From Bacteroidales bacterium (GTDB lineage: Bacteria; Bacteroidota; Bacteroidia; Bacteroidales; BM520): DNA of 64,000 nucleotides. Positions 40,398 to 49,704 of this stretch are shown one piece after another. The stretch spans positions 650,903-714,902 of the forward strand of contig JBMNMG010000002.1 of NCBI GenBank assembly GCA_050953245.1. The letters are read 5' to 3'. Within the stretch, counting starts at the first letter, position 1, and every line of letters starts with the position of its first letter. The notes under the pieces were generated by a model. The model did not search any database. It saw only the letters and a program-made list of their open reading frames with translations, and had not been told where the DNA came from. Made by a program: the position numbers and the translations under genes.

Positions 40398-41795
40398 TTA
40401 GTTTTTTATTACCTTTTGAACTTCAGATTTTTTTTCTCCATCCAACCTAAGAAAATATAATCCTTTCTTAAAATTGCTTAAATCTATAGAGTTGTTTATT
40501 TTACCAGAATAATTAAGTGAACCATTAATATTATAAATTTCTATCTTGTTATAATTTTCGTTGTCAGTTTTAATAAATAAAAGATCATGAGTTGGATTAG
40601 GATAACATTGAAAAGTTTTCTTATTCGAAGTTTCAATATTTGTAAGATTTTCAATTTCTTTATAAGTTGCCGTTACCCAACTTAAAGAGTAACATTTTAT
40701 ATATTGTAATAACATTTCGGATTCCATATTGTTGTAATAGAGTTCTATTCCACCTATTTTGTAAGTAGGAATCCATTCCCCATCTTGTAATTTAGAAGTT
40801 GTACTTTTAATACAGTTGTTATTTTCATCAAAAAACCATTCTTGTTTTTCATTAGAAATAACATTATGGAATTCTTTTTGTTTTAAAATAATATTGCCAT
40901 TTACATCATAATCAAAATAAATGGAGTAAATATCATCATGTTGTCCATTTGAGTTTACTACTGTATGTTTTTCACTTTTTATTTTGTTATCATCAAAGTA
41001 AGTAAATGAATTAATAATTGTATCTACCCAGATATCATTATCATAGAATTTTGTGTAAATAGTATCGTTATTTCCTTGTAAATTATAAGTGTACACAAAG
41101 AGAGAATCATTTTTCCATGAAAAATCGGTACTATCAAAAACTTGATATAATTTACTAATTAATTTAAAGTTATCATCATATGTATAACTATATTTGTATA
41201 AAATATCTTCATTAAAAAACTTGGTTTTTACAATATTTTCCATTAATAAGTTATCTTCGTTATAGATGCATGTATCTTTGTAATATTCTTCCCATTCTTT
41301 ATTGTTTACTTCCCAAAAATATTCGTATTTAGATATTGGATCATCTGAACTATTTGTATTTACAATATATTTTCTATTGTTTATCCAATGGTCCACTTCC
41401 CATAATTTATTTATATGAATAGTTTTATTTTCAAAATAGTAAATAGAATCTGTTACATCATTAATAATTTCGCCATCTATATTTAATTCTTCTAAATAAT
41501 AATACAATTTATCTTCGTTATTGTATTGTAATGTAGTTCTTGAATACATTTCCCAAGATGAATCATAATAAACATCATCAAAATAAAAAGTAACTTTGTT
41601 TTCTGGTGAAACTCTAGTTCTTCTTCTAAATATTGTATCATTAAAAAAATTATAATATATTATTGTATCGGGTTCAAACCAAATATTATTATTTGCTTCA
41701 AGGCTTTGATTAATTCTATAAAATTGATCATGTTGACTAAATACTAAAGAAGAATTAAATAAAATAAAAAGTAAGATAAAAAATATACGTTTCAT
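40398..41795 (-). CDS. secreted protein with T9SS C-terminal sorting domain, N/Y/D-rich, function unknown
   Basis: Signal peptide. The C-terminal ~80 aa (FQCYPNPTHDLLFIK...GLYFLRL...VQKVIKN) fits the Por/T9SS CTD pattern. Confidence 0.7.
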   Translation of the reverse strand: MKRIFFILLFILFNSSLVFSQHDQFYRINQSLEANNNIWFEPDTIIYYNFFNDTIFRRRTRVSPENKVTFYFDDVYYDSSWEMYSRTTLQYNNEDKLYYYLEELNIDGEIINDVTDSIYYFENKTIHINKLWEVDHWINNRKYIVNTNSSDDPISKYEYFWEVNNKEWEEYYKDTCIYNEDNLLMENIVKTKFFNEDILYKYSYTYDDNFKLISKLYQVFDSTDFSWKNDSLFVYTYNLQGNNDTIYTKFYDNDIWVDTIINSFTYFDDNKIKSEKHTVVNSNGQHDDIYSIYFDYDVNGNIILKQKEFHNVISNEKQEWFFDENNNCIKSTTSKLQDGEWIPTYKIGGIELYYNNMESEMLLQYIKCYSLSWVTATYKEIENLTNIETSNKKTFQCYPNPTHDLLFIKTDNENYNKIEIYNINGSLNYSGKINNSIDLSNFKKGLYFLRLDGEKKSEVQKVIKN

Positions 41796-41858
41796 AAGTT
41801 TTTATTATTTAGCAAATATATATAATATATTTTATGTATCTTTATATTTTGAAATATT

Positions 41859-43007
41859 ATGATTAAAAAAATTATTATTGCTCCAGATTCATTTAAAGGA
41901 AGTTTAACTGCTTTAGAAGTTGTAGAAACTATTAGAAACAGCTTAAATAAATATTGTAAACCTTTACCTTATATTGTTAAGTTGCCTATGTCTGACGGTG
42001 GTGAAGGCTTTTTGGATTGTATTCGAACTGTATCTATGGGATACGATAATAAAACTCTATTAATAAAAGTTGATGGTGCGGATAACGAGCCATTAACGTC
42101 CGAGCTATATAAAACTATTCAGGATGAGTATTTCATAGAATCTGCTAAAGTGGTAGGGTATAATTTAGAATATTCCACACAATTGGATCCATTAACATCT
42201 ACAACAAAAGGTATAGGTCAACTCTTAAAATATGTATTACAAAAAGATCCTTTTACTATAAATATTGGAGTGGGAGGTACTATTACTAATGATTGCGGAA
42301 TTGGCTTAGCTTCAGAATTAGGGTATGTTTTTTTAGATAAAAACGGGAAAACTTTAGAACCTATAGCTAAAAATTTAATAAAAGTTGATAAAATAGAATT
42401 TAATGAAGAATTCGAAATTCCCCAAAAGAGAGTAGTGAAGGCAATTTGCGATGTAGATAATGTTTTATTTGGAGAAGAAGGTGCTACACAAGTATTTGGT
42501 AAACAAAAAGGAGTTACTGAAAGTAATCAATCTTTATTAGAAGATGGAATAATAAATTTTGCTGATAAAATCAATGAATGTTTAGATGTAGATTTAACCA
42601 AAGTAAAGGGAGGAGGTGCCGGAGGAGGATTAGGAGCAGCTTTAGTAGCATTTTGTAATGCTGAAATTGTTTCCGGAGTAGAGTTTATTTTAGACTTTGT
42701 AAGTTTTGACAAACTACTGAAAACATGCGATTTAATTATTACAGGAGAAGGTAGAATGGATTCCCAGACTAGTTACGGCAAAGTACCTTATGGGATTGCT
42801 CAAAGAGTTCAAAATTCCAGAATATACAATGATGCTAAAGTAGTAGCCATAGTAGGAGAAAATAAAGTTGATGAAGCTACATATAAAGAGTGGGGTATAA
42901 GTGAAGTAGTTCAACTTGTTGATGGTAAAAATGTTACTTTGGAAGATTCTATGGAAAATGCAAGTGAACTGATTTTTGAGGCAACTAAAAGTTTTTTTGT
43001 TAATTAA
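41859..43007 (+). CDS. glxK: glycerate kinase
   Basis: IIAPDSFKGSLTALEV, MSDGGEGF, ITGEGRMDSQTSYGKVPYGIA. Confidence 0.9.
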   Translation: MIKKIIIAPDSFKGSLTALEVVETIRNSLNKYCKPLPYIVKLPMSDGGEGFLDCIRTVSMGYDNKTLLIKVDGADNEPLTSELYKTIQDEYFIESAKVVGYNLEYSTQLDPLTSTTKGIGQLLKYVLQKDPFTINIGVGGTITNDCGIGLASELGYVFLDKNGKTLEPIAKNLIKVDKIEFNEEFEIPQKRVVKAICDVDNVLFGEEGATQVFGKQKGVTESNQSLLEDGIINFADKINECLDVDLTKVKGGGAGGGLGAALVAFCNAEIVSGVEFILDFVSFDKLLKTCDLIITGEGRMDSQTSYGKVPYGIAQRVQNSRIYNDAKVVAIVGENKVDEATYKEWGISEVVQLVDGKNVTLEDSMENASELIFEATKSFFVN

Positions 43008-43010
43008 TTT

Positions 43011-43694
43011 TTAAATAAAAAATATACTTCCTGCGTCAAATAGCGGACCATCATAAAGTTGAATTAATTCCATATTATGTCTTTTTATATATTCAGATAT
43101 TATGTTCCCATCTTTGTGATATTCAAGGTTTCCGATAACAAAAAACTTATTTTCAAAAACACCGCAACAACCTCCAAAACAACCGGTATTGTATCCCGGA
43201 AGTATGATGTCTTGTTGACTAACATATAATACATCAAGTTTTTTTTGTTTTAAAGTATTTGCAATACCATTATCTGAAGTAATAAAATAATTATCGTTTA
43301 ACTCTATTAATGAACACCTTGTAAATGCTTGTTTAACGTTAATAAAATCTTTATCAAAACAATATTCCAATATTTTTGAATCAGTAAAATTCCTTTTATG
43401 TATCAAATAATTACTTGTAACTACTGCATTATAGAAATTTATGTTGTTTTTTAAGTTACTAACATTTTTTTCTCCTAAACAAAAATTCTCCTCATTTTGT
43501 AAAAATAACATAGTATCTTTAGGTGTATTTGGTGCAACTACCAACTTATCATCAATTTTACACATAAAAATATCTGCATGGCAACTAATTTCTTTATTAA
43601 CAATACCTTTTGTTTCAAATAAATGTACTTTGCCGTATTCTGTTAATTTATTTATAGCATGTTGTGGAATATTCTTGTTTACAATAATTTTCAT
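43011..43694 (-). CDS. hypothetical protein, possibly DUF6873-like (guanidino-group-modifying-enzyme fold); unverified
   Basis: 227-aa ORF convergent with glxK (3-nt gap). Motifs ISCHADIFMC and TGCFGGCCGVF. The family guess is from memory only. Confidence 0.35.
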   Translation of the reverse strand: MKIIVNKNIPQHAINKLTEYGKVHLFETKGIVNKEISCHADIFMCKIDDKLVVAPNTPKDTMLFLQNEENFCLGEKNVSNLKNNINFYNAVVTSNYLIHKRNFTDSKILEYCFDKDFINVKQAFTRCSLIELNDNYFITSDNGIANTLKQKKLDVLYVSQQDIILPGYNTGCFGGCCGVFENKFFVIGNLEYHKDGNIISEYIKRHNMELIQLYDGPLFDAGSIFFI

Positions 43695-43856
43695 ATTAAA
43701 ACAATAATGTTTTATAGGATTTATTATTTAATTTATGTGAAAAAATAAACTTGTTATTATTAATCTTATTAATATTTAAAACTCTTATTAATTATAATCA
43801 TTCAAATTAAAAATGAATAATAGTTGCAAATTTATGTTATTTACGATAAATATATA

Positions 43857-43864
43857 TATATTTG
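43857..43864 (+). promoter_or_regulatory. -7 promoter box TATATTTG for the OMP gene at 43890
   Basis: Consensus 26 nt upstream of the ATG at 43890. It lies inside the ORF-track extension, which argues against the start at 43824. Confidence 0.5.
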
Positions 43865-43889
43865 CAGAAATATAATAAATATTAAAATT

Positions 43890-44540
43890 ATGAAAGTGAT
43901 TAAAAGATTTTTACTAACTGCAGTTTTAGCAGTTTTAATTTCAGCTCAAGGAGTTTATGCACAAAAACTTGAATTAGGTGTTAAAGCAGGTATGAATATT
44001 TCTTCATTATCAGGCTTAGCTGATGTTGATTATCAAAGCTTTTTAGGTTCAGTTTCAAAAGGCGTATTACCCGCTTTTCATGCTGGTTTTGTAGCAGAAT
44101 ATCATGCAACAAATAATATTAGTGTAGCTCCGGAATTGCTTTATTCTTTCCAAGGAGGTAAAGTTAATTTAAAATCTAATGTTGGGGATTCCGATGGAAA
44201 TGTAACTTTTAAAGCACATTATGTAAATATTCCTATTATGGTTAAGTTTTATCCTATTAGTAGAGTTGCTTTAGAATTTGGACCTCAAATTGGTTTTAAT
44301 ATAGTAGGTAGCTTAAACATTGATGGTGAATCCAGTGTTAATAAGGATGCATTAAATGTATTCGATTTTGGCTTAGGTGTTGGTGCTAATGTTAGACTTC
44401 TTGCAGGTTTAAATGCTGGTATAAGATACGTTCATGGCTTTACAAATGCAATGAAAAATGTTCAAGTTGAAAATTTAGTTAATGAAGAAATAAATTCAAA
44501 AAATAGAACTTTCCAAATTTATTTAGGATTTATGTTCTAA
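43890..44540 (+). CDS. small outer-membrane beta-barrel (porin/OmpW-like) protein
   Basis: MKVIKRFLLTAVLAVLISAQGVYAQ signal, alternating beta-strand pattern, C-terminal ...FQIYLGFMF. Confidence 0.75.
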   Translation: MKVIKRFLLTAVLAVLISAQGVYAQKLELGVKAGMNISSLSGLADVDYQSFLGSVSKGVLPAFHAGFVAEYHATNNISVAPELLYSFQGGKVNLKSNVGDSDGNVTFKAHYVNIPIMVKFYPISRVALEFGPQIGFNIVGSLNIDGESSVNKDALNVFDFGLGVGANVRLLAGLNAGIRYVHGFTNAMKNVQVENLVNEEINSKNRTFQIYLGFMF

Positions 44541-44564
44541 TAAATATTTTTTTTGTTCTAAATA

Positions 44565-44600
44565 AGAAGGTGACTAAATTATTATATTTAGCCACCTTCT
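44565..44600. terminator. bidirectional terminator hairpin between convergent genes
   Basis: 15-nt arms agaaggtgactaaat/atttagccaccttct (one mismatch) flanked by A/T runs. Confidence 0.6.
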
Positions 44601-44604
44601 TTAT

Positions 44605-44958
44605 TTAAGTGAGTTGCCTAAATTTTATAAGTCTTTTACACTGCTCGGTTAAATCGTACCCTAACATTATGCCAAGAATAAAATCTTCTTCTGCAGAAAA
44701 TTGATTTAATTTTTTATTAAGTAGTGGTTTTATTACTCTTAAACAGTATTTGTCTCCAAAAAATAAATTTACTTTATTATTGGAAACTTTTTGTAGTAAA
44801 TAATTAATTTTATTTACCTTAAGTTTTTCTATTACTAAATTAGCACAAGTTATATCTGTTGTACACAACACTAACTTTCTAACACCTTTTTTATATTCAT
44901 AAATATGGTGCATAAAAGTTATTAATTGTGAGTGGTTATTATAATCATTCTTACTCAT
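44605..44958 (-). CDS. small conserved protein, DUF2023-like (ATG at 44958; ORF-track start 44982 is TTG)
   Basis: 117 aa. FMHHIYEYKKGVRKLVLCT resembles my recollection of DUF2023. Unverified. Confidence 0.45.
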   Translation of the reverse strand: MSKNDYNNHSQLITFMHHIYEYKKGVRKLVLCTTDITCANLVIEKLKVNKINYLLQKVSNNKVNLFFGDKYCLRVIKPLLNKKLNQFSAEEDFILGIMLGYDLTEQCKRLIKFRQLT

Positions 44959-45067
44959 AAAACTATAATTTATTCTATGCAAAAATGCATCAGAAAATAA
45001 AAAGTTACAATCACTATTTATTATTATTTTATTGTGATTTCTACTAAGAAATATGTAATTATGTCGT

Positions 45068-45083
45068 AATCACTTTTGTGATT
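45068..45083. promoter_or_regulatory. inverted repeat AATCAC-N4-GTGATT in the DUF2023-like/bcp divergent region (candidate operator)
   Basis: Read directly. A second AATCAC (45009-45014) ... GTGATT (45034-45039) pair lies 54 nt upstream. Confidence 0.3.
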
Positions 45084-45162
45084 TTCATAGTTTGATTTAT
45101 GCTTTTTTATAAGTTTATTTAATAAGTAATTATGTAAATGTTATTTATATAATATATTTTCT

Positions 45163-45170
45163 TATATTTG
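45163..45170 (+). promoter_or_regulatory. -7 promoter box TATATTTG for bcp
   Basis: Consensus 23 nt upstream of the ATG at 45193. Confidence 0.5.
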
Positions 45171-45192
45171 TAGATTGATAAAAATTAAAATA

Positions 45193-45657
45193 ATGAAAAC
45201 ACATTTAAAACCTGGAGATAAAGCTCCATATTTTTCTGGTATTGATCAATTTGGCAATACAGTATCATTAGATGATTTTAAAGGTTCTAAGTTAGTTCTT
45301 TATTTTTATCCAAAAGATAATACACCCGGGTGTACTGCTGAAGCGTGTAGTTTAAGAGATGGCAACGTTCAATTATTGCAACAAGGATATAAAATAGTAG
45401 GTGTCAGTAAAGATAGTGTAAATTCTCATAAAAATTTTGCTGAAAAATATTCTTTGCCATTTTCATTAATTGCAGATACTGATTTAAAAATCATGAATGA
45501 TTATGGTGTTTGGGGCGAAAAGAAATTTATGGGAAGAGTTACTATAGGTACTATAAGAACTACTTTTCTGATTTCCGAAGAGGGTATTATTGAGCATGTT
45601 ATAGATAAAGTGAAAACTAAAGAGCATGCAGAACAAATATTAAATTTGAATTTATAG
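45193..45657 (+). CDS. bcp: thioredoxin-dependent peroxiredoxin Bcp
   Basis: LVLYFYPKDNTPGCTAEACSLRD peroxidatic-Cys motif. The ORF-track start 45175 is TTG, and the ATG at 45193 follows the promoter box. Confidence 0.9.
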   Translation: MKTHLKPGDKAPYFSGIDQFGNTVSLDDFKGSKLVLYFYPKDNTPGCTAEACSLRDGNVQLLQQGYKIVGVSKDSVNSHKNFAEKYSLPFSLIADTDLKIMNDYGVWGEKKFMGRVTIGTIRTTFLISEEGIIEHVIDKVKTKEHAEQILNLNL

Positions 45658-45713
45658 AAAAATTCTTATTTACAGATTAATTAATAGAATAATATTTAAC
45701 TAATTATATAATA

Positions 45714-46586
45714 ATGAGTTTTAAAATTGTAGTTTTAGCAAAGCAAGTTCCTGATACAAGAAACGTTGGGAAAGATGCTATGAAAGAAGATGGCACAGTG
45801 AACCGTGCAGCACTTCCGGCAATTTTTAATCCGGAAGATTTAAATGCATTGGAAATGGCTCTTCATATTAAAGATCAATTAGAAGATGTTCATATTACAT
45901 TAGTTACTATGGGTCCTCCAAGAGCGGCAGAAATTGTTAGAGATGCATTGTTTAGAGGTGCCGATGATGGAATTGTAGTTTCGGACCGTAAAGTTGCAGG
46001 TTCCGATACACTCGCAACATCTTATATGATTTCGCAAGCAATAAAAAAAGTAGGGAACGTAAATTTAATTTTAGCAGGTCGCCAAGCTATAGATGGAGAC
46101 ACTGCTCAAGTAGGTCCTCAAGTAGCCGAAAAATTAGAAATTCCACAAATAACTTATGCAGAAGAAGTTTTAGACATTAATAAAGATACTATTAAAATAA
46201 AAAGACGTTTAGAACGTGGTGTAGAAGTTGTAGAAGCTTCGTTCCCTTGTTTGGTAACAGTTCACGGATCGGCAAAAGAATGTCGTTCGTATCATGCAAA
46301 ACGTTTAATGAAGTATAAAAATGCACTAAGTGTATCTGAAGCAACCGGAAAAGGTTTAGATGTTGACAAGATTTTTGCTGAACGTCCTTATTTAAAGATA
46401 GAAGAGTGGTGTGCTAAAGATTGTGATGCTATTGATTCCAGAATTGGACTAATAGGTTCCCCTACGAAAGTTAAAAAAATAGAAAATGTTGTTCTAACTC
46501 AAAAAGACAATATTCAACTTTCGAGTTCCGATGAAGATATTAATATGCTAATGAAACAGTTAATTTCTAGTCATATTCTTGGTTAA
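45714..46586 (+). CDS. etfB: electron transfer flavoprotein subunit beta
   Basis: KIVVLAKQVPDTRNV, the LILAGRQAIDGDTAQVGP motif, and its position before etfA. Confidence 0.9.
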   Translation: MSFKIVVLAKQVPDTRNVGKDAMKEDGTVNRAALPAIFNPEDLNALEMALHIKDQLEDVHITLVTMGPPRAAEIVRDALFRGADDGIVVSDRKVAGSDTLATSYMISQAIKKVGNVNLILAGRQAIDGDTAQVGPQVAEKLEIPQITYAEEVLDINKDTIKIKRRLERGVEVVEASFPCLVTVHGSAKECRSYHAKRLMKYKNALSVSEATGKGLDVDKIFAERPYLKIEEWCAKDCDAIDSRIGLIGSPTKVKKIENVVLTQKDNIQLSSSDEDINMLMKQLISSHILG

Positions 46587-46604
46587 TTAAATAAATAGAT
46601 AATA

Positions 46605-47639
46605 ATGGATAATATAAATAATAACATATTAGTATATTGCGAAGTTACCGAAGATGGTTTAATTGCAGATGTGAGTTTAGAGTTAATGTCTAAAGCTCGT
46701 AAACTTGCAGAGATATTAAATGTAAAGGTAGAAGCTATTGTAGTAGGAGATAATGTTCAAAATTTAGAGGAGCAACTTAATCCTTACGGGGTGGATATAA
46801 TTAACTATGCCAATGATAAGAGATTATTCCCATATCAAACATTACCTCATTTTTCTATTGTTACAAAACTTATAAAAGAACATAAACCGCAAATAGTTTT
46901 ATTTGGGGCAACTTCTGTAGGAAGAGATTTGGCTCCAAGGGTAGCATCTTATTTAAAATGCGGTTTAACAGCAGATTGTACTTCTTTAGAAATAGGTGAT
47001 CATTTAGATCCATCTACAAAAAAAGAATATAAAAATTTGCTATATCAAATACGTCCGGCTTTTGGAGGTAATATTATTGCAACAATTGTAAACCCTGAAA
47101 CTAAACCGCAAATGGCAACAGTTCGTGAAGGGGTTATGAAAAAAGAAGTTTATGATGAAAATCATAAAAGCACACTTAACATACTTAACGTAGATGATTA
47201 TATAGATGAATCAGACTTTTGCATTAAAGTTTTAGAACGTCATATCGAAAGTAAAAAAATCGATATTAAAGGTTCTCAAATAATTGTTAGTGGAGGTTAT
47301 GGTGTAGGAAGCAAAGAAAACTTTAAACTTTTACACGAATTGGCAAAGCTTCTTGGTGGAGAAGTTGGAGGTACACGTGCAGCAGTCGATGCCGGGTTTA
47401 CCGAACCTGAACGTCAAATAGGTCAAACTGGAGTTACAGTACGTCCGAAGTTATATATAGCTTGTGGAATTTCCGGTGCAGTTCAACATAGAGCAGGTAT
47501 GGAGCAATCTTCAAAAATAATATCTATCAATACGGATGTTAATGCTCCTTTAAATGCTATTGCAGATTATACAATTGTTGGTAATTTATTAGAAGTATTG
47601 CCAAAAATGATTCAATATTATAAGGCTAATACTAAGTAA
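46605..47639 (+). CDS. etfA: electron transfer flavoprotein subunit alpha
   Basis: C-terminal FAD-binding block GGTRAAVDAGF...QIGQTGVTVRPKLYIACGISGAVQHRAGM. Confidence 0.92.
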   Translation: MDNINNNILVYCEVTEDGLIADVSLELMSKARKLAEILNVKVEAIVVGDNVQNLEEQLNPYGVDIINYANDKRLFPYQTLPHFSIVTKLIKEHKPQIVLFGATSVGRDLAPRVASYLKCGLTADCTSLEIGDHLDPSTKKEYKNLLYQIRPAFGGNIIATIVNPETKPQMATVREGVMKKEVYDENHKSTLNILNVDDYIDESDFCIKVLERHIESKKIDIKGSQIIVSGGYGVGSKENFKLLHELAKLLGGEVGGTRAAVDAGFTEPERQIGQTGVTVRPKLYIACGISGAVQHRAGMEQSSKIISINTDVNAPLNAIADYTIVGNLLEVLPKMIQYYKANTK

Positions 47640-47661
47640 TTAAATAGTAAAAAAAATAATT

Positions 47662-49398
47662 ATGAATAATTTTTTTAAAGATAACGAACGTTTAAATTTT
47701 TATCTTCATCATGAATTAATGGAGAGGATAGTTGATTTAAAAGAAGATAATTATGCTGATTACGGCCAATTTGATTTTGCTTTCGAAAATTATGAAGATG
47801 CAATAGATAGTTATGAAAAAGTCTTGGAAATAGTTGGTGAAATTACTGCAAATGTTTTAGCTAAAAATGCAGAGGAAGTAGATCAAGAAGGTCCTACATT
47901 AGAAAATAACGAAGTTGTTTATGCAAGAGGAACACAAGAAAATCACGAAGCATTAAGAGATGCAGGTTTATATGGAATGAGTTTACCTCGTAAATACGGT
48001 GGATTAAATTTTTCTTATGTTCCATACGTTATGGCAGCCGAAATAGTATCACGTGGCGATTGCGGTTTTGCTAATATTTGGGGTTTACAAGACTGTGCAG
48101 AAACTATATATGAGTTTGGTTCCGATGAATTAAAGGAAGAATTCTTACATAGAATTAACAAAGGTGATACTTGTTCTATGGACTTGACAGAACCGGATGC
48201 AGGATCAGATTTACAAGCAGTTCAATTAAAAGCAACTTGGGACGAAGAATCTAACTGTTGGAGATTAAACGGAGTAAAACGTTTTATCACTAATGGAGAC
48301 TCCGATATTAAATTAGTATTGGCACGTTCAGAAGATGGTTCTACAGATGGAAGAGGTTTATCTTATTTTGTATACGATAGACATGATAAATCTGTAACAG
48401 TACGTAGAATAGAAAATAAAATGGGGATTATAGGCTCTCCCACAGCAGAGTTGGTATTTAACAATGCACCTGCTAAAATTGTTGGAGAAGAACGTTACGG
48501 ATTAATTAAATATGTAATGTCATTAATGAATGGGGCCCGATTAGGGGTTGCAGCTCAATCCGTAGGATTATCAGAAGCTGCTTATCGCGAAGCATTAAAA
48601 TATGCTAAGGAAAGAGAGCAATTTGGAACAGCTATAGTAAACTTTGCACAAGTATATGAAATGTTAGGAAATATGAGAGCTAAATTAGACGGAGCTCGCT
48701 CATTATTGTACGAAACATCTCGTTGTGTAGATATGTACAAAGTTTTAGATAACTTAAGCCGTAGCAGAAAGTTAACTAAGGAAGAACGTCAAGAAATGAA
48801 GCATTATAAACGCTTAGCAGACGTATTAACACCAATGTTAAAGTTTTTTGCCAGCGAATATGCTAACCAAATTACTTATGATACTATTCAAATACATGGC
48901 GGATCCGGATTTATGAAAGATTACCCATGTGAAAGAATGTATAGAGACGCTCGTATCTTATCTATTTACGAAGGAACATCACAATTACAAGTTGTAGCAG
49001 CAATAAAAGGTATTGCTAACGGTACGTATATAGAACGTATAAAAGATTACGAAGAAATACCAGTAAAACCTGAATTACAACCGTTAAGAGAAAAATTAAT
49101 AAAAATGCGTGAACAGTACGAAGAAATCCACGCAATAGTTGAAGGATTTGGCACATCGTCAGATAGTTTTGAATTTAATGCACGTAGATTAACAGAAATG
49201 TTAGGCTATATCTTGATGGGTAACTTATTAGTTTTAGATGCTAATAAAGATGCAAAATTATTTGAAAGATCTGCACGTATTTTAATTAATTTAGGCGAAG
49301 CTAAAAACAATTTATCAGCATCTTATATTAGAAACTTTACACCGGATATGATAGATTGTTATAAAGATATTAAAGAAGAAATCAACTTGGAAGATTAA
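47662..49398 (+). CDS. acyl-CoA dehydrogenase, long (578 aa) type, partner of EtfAB
   Basis: TEPDAGSDL, RFITNGD, IYEGTSQLQ motifs, with an extra C-terminal helical domain. Confidence 0.88.
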   Translation: MNNFFKDNERLNFYLHHELMERIVDLKEDNYADYGQFDFAFENYEDAIDSYEKVLEIVGEITANVLAKNAEEVDQEGPTLENNEVVYARGTQENHEALRDAGLYGMSLPRKYGGLNFSYVPYVMAAEIVSRGDCGFANIWGLQDCAETIYEFGSDELKEEFLHRINKGDTCSMDLTEPDAGSDLQAVQLKATWDEESNCWRLNGVKRFITNGDSDIKLVLARSEDGSTDGRGLSYFVYDRHDKSVTVRRIENKMGIIGSPTAELVFNNAPAKIVGEERYGLIKYVMSLMNGARLGVAAQSVGLSEAAYREALKYAKEREQFGTAIVNFAQVYEMLGNMRAKLDGARSLLYETSRCVDMYKVLDNLSRSRKLTKEERQEMKHYKRLADVLTPMLKFFASEYANQITYDTIQIHGGSGFMKDYPCERMYRDARILSIYEGTSQLQVVAAIKGIANGTYIERIKDYEEIPVKPELQPLREKLIKMREQYEEIHAIVEGFGTSSDSFEFNARRLTEMLGYILMGNLLVLDANKDAKLFERSARILINLGEAKNNLSASYIRNFTPDMIDCYKDIKEEINLED

Positions 49399-49423
49399 GA
49401 AATTTAAGAAAATAATTTGAAAA

Positions 49424-49462
49424 AAGAGGTGTTGTCTAATTTGACAGCACCTCTTTTTATTT
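49424..49462 (+). terminator. rho-independent terminator after the acyl-CoA dehydrogenase gene
   Basis: 13-bp stem aagaggtgttgtc/gacagcacctctt (one G-U) followed by tttatttt. Confidence 0.75.
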
Positions 49463-49602
49463 TAAAGATAATATAGATGAGAGGTTTGTTATGGTTTTCC
49501 CTAAAACTTAATTTTATAAATTAAAAGTATTTCATCTTATGTCAGATAAATTAAAGTTTTATATCTTTACAAAATTATTTTTATCAATAAAAGTTATATA
49601 AT

Positions 49603-49704
49603 ATGTCAAATAAACATAACCATTCAGGCCATCATGATCATCATGATCATCATGATCATCATGATCATCATCACCACACCATCATCATGATGCTGCAAAA
49701 TTGA
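49603..49704 (+). other. 33-codon His-rich ORF (MSNKHNHSGHHDHHDHHDHHDHHHHTIIMMLQN*); most likely the frameshifted N-terminus of the CDF transporter
   Basis: ATG at 49603. The TGA at 49702-49704 overlaps the TTG at 49701. In the transporter frame the preceding codons read ...PHHHHDAAK, then hit a TGA at 49662-49664. Confidence 0.6.
49630..49665. repeat. tandem repeat (CATCATGAT) x4, continued by degenerate His codons to about 49691
   Basis: Read directly. It encodes (HHD)n. Confidence 0.95.

Noticed and set aside
49630-49691. Short tandem repeat as a possible CRISPR or minisatellite locus
   Set aside because: The 9-bp units have no spacers and are in frame with His/Asp codons. This is a coding microsatellite only.
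49603-49704. His-codon-rich leader peptide acting like the his-operon attenuator
   Set aside because: It is tempting, with 16 His codons upstream of a gene. But the downstream gene is a CDF metal exporter, a family that normally has a His-rich N-terminus. The transporter frame continues the His tract (PHHHHDAAK), and no terminator/antiterminator pair follows. A 1-nt frameshift in a single gene is the simpler explanation.
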